DNA from: Phycisphaerae bacterium
GTDB taxonomy: Bacteria > Planctomycetota > Phycisphaerae > UBA1845 > Fen-1342
Reading direction: 5' to 3'
DNA length: 64,000 nucleotides
Assembly (NCBI GenBank): GCA_963666925.2
Contig: CAXXTC010000007.1
Location: 256,001-320,000 of the forward strand
The notes beneath the pieces were generated by a model that ran no database searches, was not told where the DNA came from, and saw only the letters and a list, made by a program, of their open reading frames with translations. Numbering within the stretch: position 1 is the first letter of the stretch; each line of letters starts with the position of its first letter. The position numbers and the translations under genes are program-made. Shown here piece by piece: positions 39,358-50,339 of this stretch.

Positions 39358-39771
39358 TTAGCTCGCTGGCCGCGGCGGCGTGAGTGTGGTGACGAACTCC
39401 CGGTCCATTTCCTGCACATGCCGGGCGAGGCGCTCGCACAGCAGCGTCAGCCGGCTGATCGGGATGTCGCAGTCGCCGGCCTCGAAGCGGTGCTTGAACT
39501 CGACCACCGTTCGGGCGAGGGCCTCGTGCTGCTGACGGTGAGCGTCGAGGTCCGGATGCCCCTGTTCCTCCATCAGGGCTTCCATGATGCAGAAGTGGCT
39601 GCGGGCGGACCGGGCCAGCTTATTGAGCCGATGTGTGAACACCTGTTGGTCCTGGCGTAGCGTCAGGGCCTCCTGGAGTCCGTCCAGCGCATCAGCGAGC
39701 TGCTCGCGCTGGGTGTCCAGCTCGGCAACCCCCAGCCGGAATTCGGTCCCCCGGTCGACCAGCGGCGGCAT
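39358..39771 (-). CDS. Hemerythrin-like protein (degenerate iron ligands)
   Basis: LGVAELDTQR, HFCIMEALM, HRQQH, HVQEMD pattern; AAGGAG RBS. Confidence 0.75.
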   Translation of the reverse strand: MPPLVDRGTEFRLGVAELDTQREQLADALDGLQEALTLRQDQQVFTHRLNKLARSARSHFCIMEALMEEQGHPDLDAHRQQHEALARTVVEFKHRFEAGDCDIPISRLTLLCERLARHVQEMDREFVTTLTPPRPAS

Positions 39772-39966
39772 TTGCCATCTCCTTGTCGTCGTGCCCGCGA
39801 GCGTCTGGGGACGCGGCGCCAGCACGCACGTAGGTGCACGTCGAGATTATTGGCTGATCGGAGGCCGGTCTTGAAGCCACCGGCGACGAAAGCCCGCACG
39901 GTGGGCGTGGGCGACTTGCAGACGCTGTTTCGTTGCGGCATCATCGCCCGATAAAGAGGAGCCCGC

Positions 39967-40851
39967 ATGACCGCCGCCATTCTCGACGGCAACGCTCGCG
40001 CTGCTGAGATCCGTACCGAGGTCACCCGCGCAGTGGCGGCGTACAACGCGCGCCATGGGACTGTGAAGCTCTGCGCGGTGCTGGTTGGCACGGATGCCGC
40101 CGGTCGTATCTACGCCGAGCGGCAACGTAAGCTCAGCGTTGTCGTTGGCGTGCAGTACGAGCTGGTCGAGCTGCCGGAGAGCACCATTCAGGCGGAACTG
40201 TTGGCTGTCATTGATCAGCTCAATGCGGCGAGCGATGTTACCGGAATCATCCTCCAGCTTCCGCTGCCGGAGCAGATCGACACCGCCGCCGCCCAGTATC
40301 GCATCGATCCCTACAAGGACGTCGAAGGCGTCAGTCCGGCAAACATCGGGATGCTGTTTTATGGCGAGCCGATTATCGCTCCTTGTACGGCGCTGGCGGT
40401 TACGGAGATGTTGCGGCTGAGCCGGGTTACGGTGCGCGGTGCCCGCGCTGTCGTGGTTGGGCAGAGCCGAATCGCCGGCCGACCGATAACGATGTCCCTG
40501 CTCGGGCAGATGGCGACAGTGACCGGGTGTCACATCGCGACACGCGATCTGGCGGCCCACACGCGGGCGGCGGATATCCTGGTTGTGGCGGTGGGTCGGC
40601 CGCGACTGATCGGGCCCGAGCTGGTCAAGCCGGGCGCCGTGGTTATTGATGTGGGGATCAACCGTATTACCGAACGCGATGCCGCCGGCCGGGAGGTGGG
40701 CCGTACGGTTGGCGACGTCGATACGGCTGCGGTGGCGGAGGTGGCGGGCGCATTGACGCCCGTGCCGGGCGGTGTCGGCCCGGTAACGGTCGCACTGTTG
40801 CTGCGTAACACCGTTGAGGCCGCCCGCAAGCAGCTCCGTCGGAGACTGTGA
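39967..40851 (+). CDS. folD: Bifunctional methylenetetrahydrofolate dehydrogenase/cyclohydrolase
   Basis: GIILQLPLP, KDVEG, PCT, VIDVGIN, GDVD, TPVPGGVGPVTVA. Confidence 0.95.
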   Translation: MTAAILDGNARAAEIRTEVTRAVAAYNARHGTVKLCAVLVGTDAAGRIYAERQRKLSVVVGVQYELVELPESTIQAELLAVIDQLNAASDVTGIILQLPLPEQIDTAAAQYRIDPYKDVEGVSPANIGMLFYGEPIIAPCTALAVTEMLRLSRVTVRGARAVVVGQSRIAGRPITMSLLGQMATVTGCHIATRDLAAHTRAADILVVAVGRPRLIGPELVKPGAVVIDVGINRITERDAAGREVGRTVGDVDTAAVAEVAGALTPVPGGVGPVTVALLLRNTVEAARKQLRRRL

Positions 40852-40914
40852 CGTTGCTCCGGTGCCACAGGGATTCCGGGATAGCTTCCAGCGTGGTTTT
40901 GCATTTAATCCAAC

Positions 40915-40983
40915 GTGGGGCGGGCGTCTCGCCCGCCGCTGGGGTTCGCAATTGGGGCATGGCGGGCGAGACGCCCGCCCCAC
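40915..40983. repeat. Inverted pair of family A REP-like units (REPIN-like doublet)
   Basis: GTGGGGCGGGCGTCTCGCCCGCC at 40915-40937 and its exact reverse complement at 40961-40983. Confidence 0.85.
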
Positions 40984-41210
40984 CTCTGATGCGGGACTTG
41001 TGAGAGGAGACATCAGCGAAGATGCGTTTGCGTGGGCTCGCCGCGCGGTGGCAGAAGCGGGTATCCTGTACCGAATCAGCTCCGGCGCCGCGTTGAGCGC
41101 CGCCAGCGAGATCGCCCGCGTACCAGAGAACCATGGCAAGCTGATCGTGGCGATCCTCGCGTTGGCCGATGAGCGTTATTTTTCGACCCCATTAATCCCG
41201 CAGGAGTGAC

Positions 41211-41825
41211 ATGGCGCAACAGAAAGCCACCAACATCACCTGGCACGCCGGCCACGTCGAGCGTGCCGATCGCAACGAGCTACTGAAGCAGCAGGGGGCT
41301 ACCATTTGGTTTACCGGACTGAGCGCTTGTGGCAAGAGCACCATTGCGTTCACGCTGGAACACGCGCTGGTGGAACGGGGGCGCCTGGCGTATGTGCTCG
41401 ATGGCGACAACATCCGTCACGGGCTGAACAAGAACCTGGGGTTCTCGCCGGCTGATCGCGAGGAGAACATCCGCCGGATTGGCGAAGTGGCCAAGCTGTT
41501 CGCGGACGCGGGCCTGCTGACCTGCACCAGCTTCATCAGCCCTTACCGGGCGGATCGCGACCAGGCACGCAAGATCCACCAGGAGGCCGGCCTGCCGTTC
41601 ATCGAGGTTTTCGTCAAGGCGTCGGTCGAGACGTGCGAAGAACGCGACCCGAAGGGGCTCTACAAGAAAGCCCGCGCCGGCGAGATCCCCGAGTTCACCG
41701 GCATCTCGGCCCCGTACGAGGAGCCGACCGGGGCGGAGATTGTGCTCGACACTGAGCAGCTTTCGGTGGAAGAGTCGGCCCAAACGGTGCTGGATTACCT
41801 GAAGAGCCAGAAGCTGGTGCCGTAG
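41211..41825 (+). CDS. cysC: Adenylyl-sulfate kinase
   Basis: [47 protein letters not shown]. Confidence 0.96.
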   Translation: MAQQKATNITWHAGHVERADRNELLKQQGATIWFTGLSACGKSTIAFTLEHALVERGRLAYVLDGDNIRHGLNKNLGFSPADREENIRRIGEVAKLFADAGLLTCTSFISPYRADRDQARKIHQEAGLPFIEVFVKASVETCEERDPKGLYKKARAGEIPEFTGISAPYEEPTGAEIVLDTEQLSVEESAQTVLDYLKSQKLVP

Positions 41826-42121
41826 GGAGCTGTCCCGCAGACATGGGGGGCATAGCCAGGCTACGTTTTCGCTGCCCGGCGGGGAAGTGGGACGTAGCCC
41901 GGTAGGGTTGCGCCCGGGTGCCACACAAGTTCGGGCACGACAGGGGGTTATCTCGACACAAATATCCGGAATCTGTCGGCGATGCTGTGAGAAAGCCGGG
42001 AGCGGATGTGTACCCCGGATAGCAAGCGGTTTCAGGCCCGGGCGGCGGCGTGTGGCTAGCCGTTTGGTCGTGCGAGCATCATTCGGCAGGCCAGCATGTC
42101 CGCCTGCCAAGGAGTAGGTAG

Positions 42122-44077
42122 ATGATAATGAGATGCGTACATCAATTGTTCAGGGCGGCCCTGTTGGTGGGGTTGACGTTGGGGGTGGGGCTCACGTCGG
42201 CGGCCCGGGCCGACTATCCGACGCAGATCCAGTTCCACGAAGCGATCGACCTGATCGTGACCGAGGCGGACCTGAACAGCGACGGCTGGACGCATTCGAT
42301 TGACTGGATCGCGGCCAGCGGTAACGGCTCCAAGGTCGCGTTCTGGACGATGGCCAGCAAGGTGGGCGAGTCCAGCCAGCGGCATTTCTGGATCTGTAAC
42401 AGCGACGGCAGCGGGCTGCGCGACATCACGCCCACCTGGGACACCAACGAGAATGTGCGCTGGCCGCAGTTGAACCATGACGGCTCGCGGATGTTTTACG
42501 TCGCGTTCTACCACGACCAGTTGCGCTACATCAACACGGAGACCGGGGCCAAGGTCAATGCCGTTCCGGCTGCCAGCGACCTCACCTTCCGTACGCCGTA
42601 CGTGATCAACGAGGCCGGCACTCGGGCGTTCTTCCGCGATTATGACGGCAACGCGACCGGGTGTGATCAGTGCGGCGTGTCGTATGCCGACATCCCCGGG
42701 GCGCCGGTGCGCATCATGACGCTCAGCGACCTGCCCTATGATGATTACTGCAACTCCAATCGTTTCAGTTTTCTCGGGGCAAGCGACGATGGGCGCGTGG
42801 CGATCGCGTGGAAGACGCACGACTATTGCGGCGATTGCACCAGCATGTTCCTCAGTGACGGGGCGGGGGCATATCGCGAGCCGAACGAGTCGGTCGAGTA
42901 TGTTTACGCGCTTCAGGATCTGCCGCACCGGATCATTTCGCGTAACGGCAACCGCGTGCTGTATCACCGCGGGGCGGTGTCCAAGGACCGCGGGGAGGAG
43001 TGGTCGCTGGAGCTGCTCGAGCCGGACACGAACGGGCGGCGCGTGCTCGTTGATCACGGGGACGTGGAGCGGCCGTGTTTGGGGCCGGACGGCCACTACG
43101 TGCGTTACAACGACCCGCTCGGGGCCTATGCGACGCTGGTATATGTGCCGGCGGACCTGGGCGCGGACATCTCGGTTCGCGACACGATCTCGTATCACAC
43201 GACGCTGGTGAGTGCGTGGTCGCTGACGGACATCTGCACCGGCGGCTATCGCTGGTTCGGCAGCAGCTCGCAGGACTGGGGGGCCAAGCAGAAGCTTTAC
43301 CGTTTTGAGCTGAACCACGAGCAGACCGGCGGCTCGTCGGGCGACTGCCCGGTGATTTCGCGCGTCAGCTTCAGCCACAACGCGCTGCTCAATGACGATG
43401 AGATGAAAATCACCGCCTACGTTCTGGTGGACGATCCGCAGGGGCTGTCCGACATCGAGTGGGTGCGCATGGTCAGCACGATCGACTATGGCCGTGAGAG
43501 CGCGGTCTGGGACCAGCTTGGCCGGGCGCCGCTTAGCGCCGGCGGCGACGCAGGCTCGGCGACGCTGACTGACGATGGCCCCTCGGGCACCAACGGCGAC
43601 GAGGAGGCGGGCGATGGGGTGTTTACGTTTGACGGGTTCTGGACGCGGAGCCAGTCGAGTTTCTGGGAGGAGTACGCGTCCGTCGGTTTCCCGATCCAGA
43701 TTCCGATTCGCGTAGTGGTGAAGGACAAGGATGACAACTACACGATCGTGGATGCGAAGCTGTCGGTGACGGACGATCCGAACGACATCTCTGGCCCGGA
43801 ACCCGATCAGCAGTCGGATTCGCAGCAGGATCCTGATTCGAACGACAACACGAGCATCAGTAATCAGGGCAACAACCACAATACCGGTGCGTCGACGCCG
43901 GGCACGACCGATTCATCTGCCGATGGTAACGGTTCGACCAACATCGGGGCGGATGCGAACAGCGACGACACGAGCGGTACCCGTAGCGAGCAGGGTACGC
44001 TCGGCTGTCCGACGATGATGATCATGCTGCTGGGCTTCACGGTGGCCGGCTTGGTCTGTCCTCGACGTGGGCAGTAG
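42122..44077 (+). CDS. Secreted surface protein: TolB-like propeller, choice-of-anchor X-like domain, low-complexity linker and C-terminal membrane tail
   Basis: Signal peptide (ARA); repeated xDG/NGxR blades; LTDDG..GDEEAGDGVFT; D/S/T/N-rich linker; tail LGCPTMMIMLLGFTVAGLVCPRRGQ. Confidence 0.7.
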   Translation: MIMRCVHQLFRAALLVGLTLGVGLTSAARADYPTQIQFHEAIDLIVTEADLNSDGWTHSIDWIAASGNGSKVAFWTMASKVGESSQRHFWICNSDGSGLRDITPTWDTNENVRWPQLNHDGSRMFYVAFYHDQLRYINTETGAKVNAVPAASDLTFRTPYVINEAGTRAFFRDYDGNATGCDQCGVSYADIPGAPVRIMTLSDLPYDDYCNSNRFSFLGASDDGRVAIAWKTHDYCGDCTSMFLSDGAGAYREPNESVEYVYALQDLPHRIISRNGNRVLYHRGAVSKDRGEEWSLELLEPDTNGRRVLVDHGDVERPCLGPDGHYVRYNDPLGAYATLVYVPADLGADISVRDTISYHTTLVSAWSLTDICTGGYRWFGSSSQDWGAKQKLYRFELNHEQTGGSSGDCPVISRVSFSHNALLNDDEMKITAYVLVDDPQGLSDIEWVRMVSTIDYGRESAVWDQLGRAPLSAGGDAGSATLTDDGPSGTNGDEEAGDGVFTFDGFWTRSQSSFWEEYASVGFPIQIPIRVVVKDKDDNYTIVDAKLSVTDDPNDISGPEPDQQSDSQQDPDSNDNTSISNQGNNHNTGASTPGTTDSSADGNGSTNIGADANSDDTSGTRSEQGTLGCPTMMIMLLGFTVAGLVCPRRGQ

Positions 44078-44179
44078 GTCAGGGGGTGTCGGAGGGATTC
44101 CGCGGCGCGGGCGCAATAGCGCCCGGCGCCCCGGGGGGACGCCTCTTCACACTTAGGTTGCCGTTGTGCGTGCTGGGGC

Positions 44180-45562
44180 TCAGCCGGCGGGGATGCTGTA
44201 CTTGGCCATTTTGTCGCGGAGCGTGGTGCGCGGGATGCCCAGGCGCTGGGCAGCGCGGGCTTGGTTGTTGCTGCACTGGCGGAGGGCGAGGACGATCATC
44301 CGGCGTTCGATGTCGGCGACGGTCTCGTTAAGGCCGATCTGCCCGTTGGCGGTGGGCTGGAGATCGTCGAGCTGGGCGAGCGTGAGCGCAGTATCGTCGC
44401 TGGTACGGTCGAACTGGGCTTCGAGCGGGAGGATGTGCTCGGGTCGAATCTCGTTGCCGTGACAGAAGGCCAGGGCGCGCTCCATGACGTGCTCAAGCTC
44501 GCGGACGTTGCCGGGCCAGGCATGACGCAGCAACTCGTCGAGGGCGTGTGAGTTGATGGCGACGGGCTTGTTGCCGACCAGGGCGGCGTGCTTCTCGACA
44601 AAGTGCGGCGCGAGCACGGGGATGTCGTCGAGCCGCTCGCGCAGCGGGGGGATGTTCAGGCTGATGACGTTGAGGCGATAGTAGAGGTCTTCGCGGAAGC
44701 GGCCTTCCTTGACGAGCTTGAGCAGGTCGCACTTGGTGGCGCAGATGAGGCGCACGTCGGTGTGGACGGGTTGCTCGCCGCCGACGCGTTCGAATTCCTG
44801 TTGTTCGACGACGCGCAGGAGCTTCACCTGAAGCTCGGTGGGGATGTCGTCGACCTCGTCCAGCAGCATGGTGCCGCCGTCGGCCAGCTCAAACCGGCCG
44901 GCTTTCTGGCGGATGGCGCCGGTGAATGCGCCTTTTTCGTGGCCGAAGAGTTCGCTTTCGAGCACGGACGGTTGCAGGGCGGCGCAACTGAAGCGGACGA
45001 AGGGCTGATTTGCTCGCCGGCTATGGGAGTGGATCGCCTCGGCGAAGAGCTCTTTGCCGGTGCCGCTCTCGCCGCAGAGCAGGATGGTGCGGTCGGTCGG
45101 AGCGACGGCGCGCAGTTGTTCGAAGAGGCGCTTCATGCCCTGGCTGCGGGCGATGAGGCGGCCGAACTCCTCGACGCCGTCGTCGTGGACGGCGGCCTGG
45201 CGCCCGTCGAACAGGCGGTCGAGCTTCACCAGCAGCTCCTGCGTGGTAAATGGCTTGGTGATGTAGTCGTACGCGCCGCGCTTGATCGCCAGCACCGCGG
45301 TGTCGACGGTGGCGTAGGCCGTCATGAGGATCACTTCGACGGTGGGCCGCAACTGCTTGATGTAGGTGAGCAGATCGATGCCGCTCATGCCCGGCATGCG
45401 CACGTCGGAGACGACCACGTCGATAGCGCGGGTGTCGATGATACGCCGAGCGGCGATGGCGTCGGCGGCCTCGTAGACCTCGTAGCCGTGATCGCTCAGC
45501 TCGATCTGGAGCGTGATCCGCTTCAGCGGTTCATCGTCGACGACCAGGATGCGGCCTGGCAT
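44180..45562 (-). CDS. Sigma54-dependent response regulator (NtrC/AtoC family)
   Basis: [59 protein letters not shown]; Fis-type HTH. Confidence 0.95.
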   Translation of the reverse strand: MPGRILVVDDEPLKRITLQIELSDHGYEVYEAADAIAARRIIDTRAIDVVVSDVRMPGMSGIDLLTYIKQLRPTVEVILMTAYATVDTAVLAIKRGAYDYITKPFTTQELLVKLDRLFDGRQAAVHDDGVEEFGRLIARSQGMKRLFEQLRAVAPTDRTILLCGESGTGKELFAEAIHSHSRRANQPFVRFSCAALQPSVLESELFGHEKGAFTGAIRQKAGRFELADGGTMLLDEVDDIPTELQVKLLRVVEQQEFERVGGEQPVHTDVRLICATKCDLLKLVKEGRFREDLYYRLNVISLNIPPLRERLDDIPVLAPHFVEKHAALVGNKPVAINSHALDELLRHAWPGNVRELEHVMERALAFCHGNEIRPEHILPLEAQFDRTSDDTALTLAQLDDLQPTANGQIGLNETVADIERRMIVLALRQCSNNQARAAQRLGIPRTTLRDKMAKYSIPAG

Positions 45563-45753
45563 GGGAACTCCTGTTGCACGGCCGGGGGACCGACCGCGCG
45601 GTCGGCGGTATGAAACCCGGGCTTGGTACATTGCAACCGAAACGACACTTTGCTTCAAGCGGTTTGGCGTGTGCCGGGAGCGTGGGGCGTTTAATGCGGG
45701 CCGCGGGCGCATTGCGCTTGACACTGCTGCCGACAAATGGTCCAGTCCTGTAT

Positions 45754-46872
45754 ATGTCGACAAGCACAGGTACATTGCGGCTGTTCGTGGACGAGGCGGA
45801 GATTCACGTGCGCGGCGGGAAGGGGGGCGACGGGTGCGTGAGTTTAAGGCGGGAGAAGTTCGTGCCGAAGGGCGGCCCGGACGGCGGCGACGGGGGCAAG
45901 GGCGGCGACGTGATCCTGGTCGCGCAGCGTGGCATCGATACGCTGCTGGACCTGGCGGGCCGACACCACTATCGCGCGGAGAACGGTCGGCCAGGGTCAG
46001 GGGCCAATAAGACCGGGCGTGGCGGCAAGGACGTGCGGGTTGTGGTGCCGACGGGCACGCTGGTGTACGACGCGGACAGAGATCGGCTGCTGAAAGACCT
46101 GGTCGAAGATGAGCAGGAGGTTTGTGTGGCGCGCGGGGGCAAGGGTGGTCGCGGCAACGCGCGGTTTGCCACGCCGACCAACCAGACCCCACGCGAGGCC
46201 GAGCCGGGTTTGAAGGGGCAGGAGCGGCGTTTGCGGCTGGAGCTGAAGCTGATCGCGGACGTCGGGCTGGTGGGGTTGCCAAACTCGGGAAAGAGCACGC
46301 TGCTATCCCGGCTGACGCAGGCGCGGCCAAAAATCGCGAGCTATCCGTTCACAACGCGCGCCCCGCACCTGGGGATTCTGGAGCTGCCGGGTTATCGGCG
46401 GTTGGTGATCGCGGATCTGCCCGGGTTGATCGAGGGCGCGCACGAGGGCGTCGGGTTGGGCGATGCATTTCTCCGGCACGTGGAACGGACGCGGGTGATT
46501 GTGCACCTGGTGGATCTTTGTCCGCCGGAGGGGGCGCCGACGCCGGTGGAAGCTTATCGGATGATTCGCAACGAGCTGGAGAAGTACAGCGCGACGCTGG
46601 CTGAGCGGGAGGAGCTGATCGTCGGCAGCAAGCTCGACCTGACCGACGCGGCGGAGTCGCGTGAGCGGCTGGCGGATGAGTTGGGCGCGCGTGTGCTGGG
46701 AATTTCGTCGGCGATCAACAAAGGGCTGCGCGAGCTGGCGGAGGGGATGTGGGAGACGGTCGAGCGGGCGCGGGCGGCCGAGGAGCAGATGCCGAGAGAG
46801 TTGCTGGACCTGGGACCGCCGGCAGAGCCGCTGGAGCCGCGGGAAGATCCGGAGGCAGAGTTGCCGGAATGA
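45754..46872 (+). CDS. obgE: GTPase ObgE/CgtA
   Basis: FVDEA..GGKGGDG..RREKFVPKGGPDGGDGG, LELKLIADVGLVGLPNSGKST, YPFTT, DLPGLIEGA. Exact start uncertain. Confidence 0.95.
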   Translation: MSTSTGTLRLFVDEAEIHVRGGKGGDGCVSLRREKFVPKGGPDGGDGGKGGDVILVAQRGIDTLLDLAGRHHYRAENGRPGSGANKTGRGGKDVRVVVPTGTLVYDADRDRLLKDLVEDEQEVCVARGGKGGRGNARFATPTNQTPREAEPGLKGQERRLRLELKLIADVGLVGLPNSGKSTLLSRLTQARPKIASYPFTTRAPHLGILELPGYRRLVIADLPGLIEGAHEGVGLGDAFLRHVERTRVIVHLVDLCPPEGAPTPVEAYRMIRNELEKYSATLAEREELIVGSKLDLTDAAESRERLADELGARVLGISSAINKGLRELAEGMWETVERARAAEEQMPRELLDLGPPAEPLEPREDPEAELPE

Positions 46873-46910
46873 GCGGTGTTTGTGGCGCGCCGATGTTGCC
46901 CATCCTGGCG

Positions 46911-46952
46911 CACCGGTTACAAACCGGTGTCACAGATAACAGACCGGTGCCA
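46911..46952 (-). repeat. Family B REP-like element
   Basis: CACCGGTTACAAACCGGTGTCACA matches the reverse complement of 8314-8337 at 22 of 24 positions; followed by a partial ACCGGTGCCA. Confidence 0.6.
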
Positions 46953-46972
46953 TGCATGTGGAGTCGAACGCT

Positions 46973-47752
46973 ATGCCGATAGTAAGCCCCGTTGATTCGA
47001 TGCTGGTGATTGACGTGGGGAACACGCGTGCCGGACTGGGCGTGTTGGACGGCGATGGTCTGCACCATACCTGCCGCGTGTCGCTGGATCAGCCGGAGGG
47101 GTGGCAGCCGGCGATTGAACATTGCCTGGATGCACTCGGCGACGGGCCGCAGGCGGCAGTGATCGGTACGGTGAACCCGGCGGCGGCAGCCCGGCTTCAG
47201 GCACTGGTGGAGGAGCTGACCGGACTGTCGGGCCATCGCGTGCGCGACGACCTGCCGCTGCCGATGGAAGTCGACGTCGACAACGTGGATGAGGTCGGCG
47301 TCGATCGGATTTGTTGTGCGGCGGCGGCGTTTGAGCGGTTGCAGTCGGCCTGCGCGGTGGCATCGTTCGGGACGGCGACGACGGTCGATTGTGTTTCGCA
47401 GCAGGGGCGTTTCCTCGGTGGGGTGATTCTGCCGGGGTTTGAGATGTCCTGCGATGCGCTGCACGATCGGACGGCCCAGTTGCCGCGTGTTCGGCCCGGG
47501 GCATCGTCTGGCATATTCGCGAAGAACACGCACGACGCGATCGTCAACGGCGTGACGTTTGGTGCGGTGGGGGCGCTGCGGGAGATCGTGGAGCGCTATG
47601 CAACCGAACTGGGCGAGTGGCCGCAACTCGTTATCACGGGCGGCAACGCCGGGATCGTGGCGGAGCTGGCGGATTTCGTGGATGCAGTTGTGCCGGACTT
47701 GTGTTTGATGGGTGTCGCGCTGAGCTACCGCCTGGCCGCCGGTCAGTCGTGA
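46973..47752 (+). CDS. coaX: Type III pantothenate kinase
   Basis: IDVGNT, GVDR, FGTATT, GGVILPG, TAQLP, ITGG. Confidence 0.93.
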   Translation: MPIVSPVDSMLVIDVGNTRAGLGVLDGDGLHHTCRVSLDQPEGWQPAIEHCLDALGDGPQAAVIGTVNPAAAARLQALVEELTGLSGHRVRDDLPLPMEVDVDNVDEVGVDRICCAAAAFERLQSACAVASFGTATTVDCVSQQGRFLGGVILPGFEMSCDALHDRTAQLPRVRPGASSGIFAKNTHDAIVNGVTFGAVGALREIVERYATELGEWPQLVITGGNAGIVAELADFVDAVVPDLCLMGVALSYRLAAGQS

Positions 47753-48978
47753 ACGCCGACGGGCGGCAGGATGATGGCGGCTACGGGTTGTTGAGCAGCC
47801 CGGGCCCGGGCGGGATTGCGGTGATGCGTGTCTGGGGGGATGCGGCGCGGGGAGTATTAGAACGGTGCGTGGTCCTGCGTGGCGGGCGGCAGTGGGCAGA
47901 GCTGTCGGCCGGGGCGGTTTTGCGCGCGACACTGGTGGATACGGACGGGGCACCGCTGGACGACATGCTGGTTGTGGTACAAGCGGACGGGTCGGCGCTG
48001 GACGTTCGGCTATGCCTGCACGGCAATCCGGTGCTGGTCGGGCAGTGTGCGGAATTGCTGGCGGCGGGGGGGCTGCGGGCGGCCGACGGTGCGGCGGATT
48101 TGTGGCCCGCGGGGGACGTGGTCGAGGAAGAGGTGCTGAGAACGTTGCCGCGGATGAGCACGGAGCGCGGGGCGCGCTGGCTGCTGGGGCAGGTGCGGAT
48201 GTTGCGGGCGGAGATCGGTCGGCTGGCTAGTTGTGGGGATGTGCAGACGGTGCGGTCGGCGTGTGAGGAACTGATCGGTCGGCGGGGGCTGGTGGAGCGG
48301 TTCGCCCGGCCGATGCGGGTGGCGTTGACGGGGGCGCCGAACGCGGGCAAGAGCACGCTGGCCAACGCGCTGGTGGATCGGCCGATGAGCGTGGTGTCGG
48401 ACGTGCCGGGGACGACTCGCGACTGGGTGGCGACGGTCGCCCAGACGCAGGGGTTCCCGGTGGAGTGGGTCGACACGCCGGGATTGGTGGGGGGCGCGGA
48501 TGGTCTGGCGGCGGCGGCCGAGTCGGCGGCGCGGACGGTTTTGGCAGAAATGGACGCGGTGGTGCTGGTGGTGGAGCCGACCGGGTCGGCGGGAGCTTGG
48601 CGTGCGGATGCCGGGCTGCACGCAGAATTGCCCGTCGAGCCGACGTGTGTGGTGCTTAGCAAGGCGGATCGGCTGGATTCGGCCGGGCGGGAGGAATGGC
48701 GGGCGGTGCTGGCGGAGAGGCTGGACCGGTCGGCGGTGGTCGTTTCCGCCCTGAAACAGACCGGGCTGGAGGAGCTGGAGCGGGTGGTGCTGACGGCGGC
48801 CGGCGGCGGGAGGTCGGCTGATCTGAGCCAGCCGGCGGCCATCAGTGACGCACTCGTGAAGCAGCTACGGGAAATCGCTGGCCAGTCCGATTATAAATGT
48901 ATGCGTGAGAAGCTTTTGGCACTCATCGGTGCAGCCACGGCGGAGGGGCTGACGTGGGGTTGCGAAACGGGCCGATGA
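47749..48978 (+). CDS. MnmE/TrmE-like GTPase (divergent)
   Basis: TrmE-N-like SSPGPGGIAVMRVWG..CLHG; GAPNAGKST, VSDVPGTTRD, DTPG, SKAD, VSA; no C-terminal FCxGK. GTGA overlap with coaX. Confidence 0.75.
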   Translation: MNADGRQDDGGYGLLSSPGPGGIAVMRVWGDAARGVLERCVVLRGGRQWAELSAGAVLRATLVDTDGAPLDDMLVVVQADGSALDVRLCLHGNPVLVGQCAELLAAGGLRAADGAADLWPAGDVVEEEVLRTLPRMSTERGARWLLGQVRMLRAEIGRLASCGDVQTVRSACEELIGRRGLVERFARPMRVALTGAPNAGKSTLANALVDRPMSVVSDVPGTTRDWVATVAQTQGFPVEWVDTPGLVGGADGLAAAAESAARTVLAEMDAVVLVVEPTGSAGAWRADAGLHAELPVEPTCVVLSKADRLDSAGREEWRAVLAERLDRSAVVVSALKQTGLEELERVVLTAAGGGRSADLSQPAAISDALVKQLREIAGQSDYKCMREKLLALIGAATAEGLTWGCETGR

Positions 48979-49067
48979 AACGCTAGCATTGCTTATGTAC
49001 GCACGCGGTACGCGGGTCGGCAGGGGCTGATCCACCAACCGCCGGCCGGTATTCGGAGAACGACGCG

Positions 49068-50339
49068 TTGACGATTCTGCTGGGTGTGGTCCTGCTCGGA
49101 CTGACTCTCTACATGTCGACGCTTGCCTATACGGTGCGAACGTTCTCCCGATCGCGGCTGGAAACGTTGCTGCGCAACGGCACGCGCGAGGTCTGGCTGA
49201 ACTGGCTGGATCAGAACGAGTGGCAGCTTCAGACGCTGACCGGTTTGTTACGGCTGGCGCTGAACCTGGGGGTGCTGGTCACCGCGTGGTACTACTGCCG
49301 ATTTGTGATGGGGTTTGAGGCCACCACGCTGGCGGCCATCGTGGCGGGGGCGATAACTCTGCTGCTCCTGGCCTTGTTCGCCGTCGCCATCCCGCACGCG
49401 CTGGCGGTGCACGCGGGGGAGGAGATCCTGGCACGCAGCCTCGGCGTGTTAACAGCGATCCGGTGGGTGTTTTACCCGTTTACCCGGCTGTGTGACGCGG
49501 TGGAGTTTATCGTTCGGCGGCTGCTGGGCAAAGCCGAGGCGAGCGACGAGGAAGAGACCGAGCGCGCCGAGCAGGAGATTCTGGACGCGGTGTCGGAAGG
49601 TCAGGCACACGGCGCTGTCGATGATGACCAGAAGGACATGATCGAGTCGGTGTTTGAGCTGGCCGAGACGCAAGTGAACGCGATCATGACGCCGCGGACG
49701 GATATTAACGCGGTTTCGGTCAACGCCGGCTATGACGACGTGCGCCAGACGATCCTGTCGAAGGGGCATTCGCGAATTCCGGTATTCGAGCGCTCGGTGG
49801 ATCACATCGTCGGCGTGATCTATGCGAAGGACCTGTTGCGGCTGGACCCTAGCGGCACGTTCGATGCACGGAAGATTATGCGAAAGGCGCCGTATGTGCC
49901 CGAGACCAAAACGCTGACCGAGCTATTGCGCGAGTTTCGGACGACGAAGGTGCAAATCGCGATCGTGCTGGACGAATATGGCGGGACGGCCGGGCTGGCG
50001 ACGATCGAGGACATCCTCGAAGAGCTGGTCGGCGAGATCGACGACGAGTATGACCAGTTGCCGCCGCCGGAGATCATCCGCGTGGACGAGGACACGCTCG
50101 AAGTTGATGCACGCGTACATATCAGCGAGATCAATGAGGAACTGGAGATCGAGCTGTCGGAAGAGGAAGATTACGAGACGATCGGCGGGTTTGTCTTCGC
50201 GACGCTGGGCAAGATTCCCGCTACCGGGGAGGAGTTTGAGCAGGACAACATCCGCGTGAAAATCGTGGCGGCGGAAGATCGGCGGATCAAGCGGCTGCGC
50301 ATCCACGTGGATCGGCAACAACGCGCCGAGATCGCGTAG
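49068..50339 (+). CDS. CNNM/TlyC/CorC family membrane protein (DUF21, CBS pair, CorC-HlyC domain)
   Basis: N-terminal TM helices, [47 protein letters not shown]. Confidence 0.92.
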   Translation: MTILLGVVLLGLTLYMSTLAYTVRTFSRSRLETLLRNGTREVWLNWLDQNEWQLQTLTGLLRLALNLGVLVTAWYYCRFVMGFEATTLAAIVAGAITLLLLALFAVAIPHALAVHAGEEILARSLGVLTAIRWVFYPFTRLCDAVEFIVRRLLGKAEASDEEETERAEQEILDAVSEGQAHGAVDDDQKDMIESVFELAETQVNAIMTPRTDINAVSVNAGYDDVRQTILSKGHSRIPVFERSVDHIVGVIYAKDLLRLDPSGTFDARKIMRKAPYVPETKTLTELLREFRTTKVQIAIVLDEYGGTAGLATIEDILEELVGEIDDEYDQLPPPEIIRVDEDTLEVDARVHISEINEELEIELSEEEDYETIGGFVFATLGKIPATGEEFEQDNIRVKIVAAEDRRIKRLRIHVDRQQRAEIA

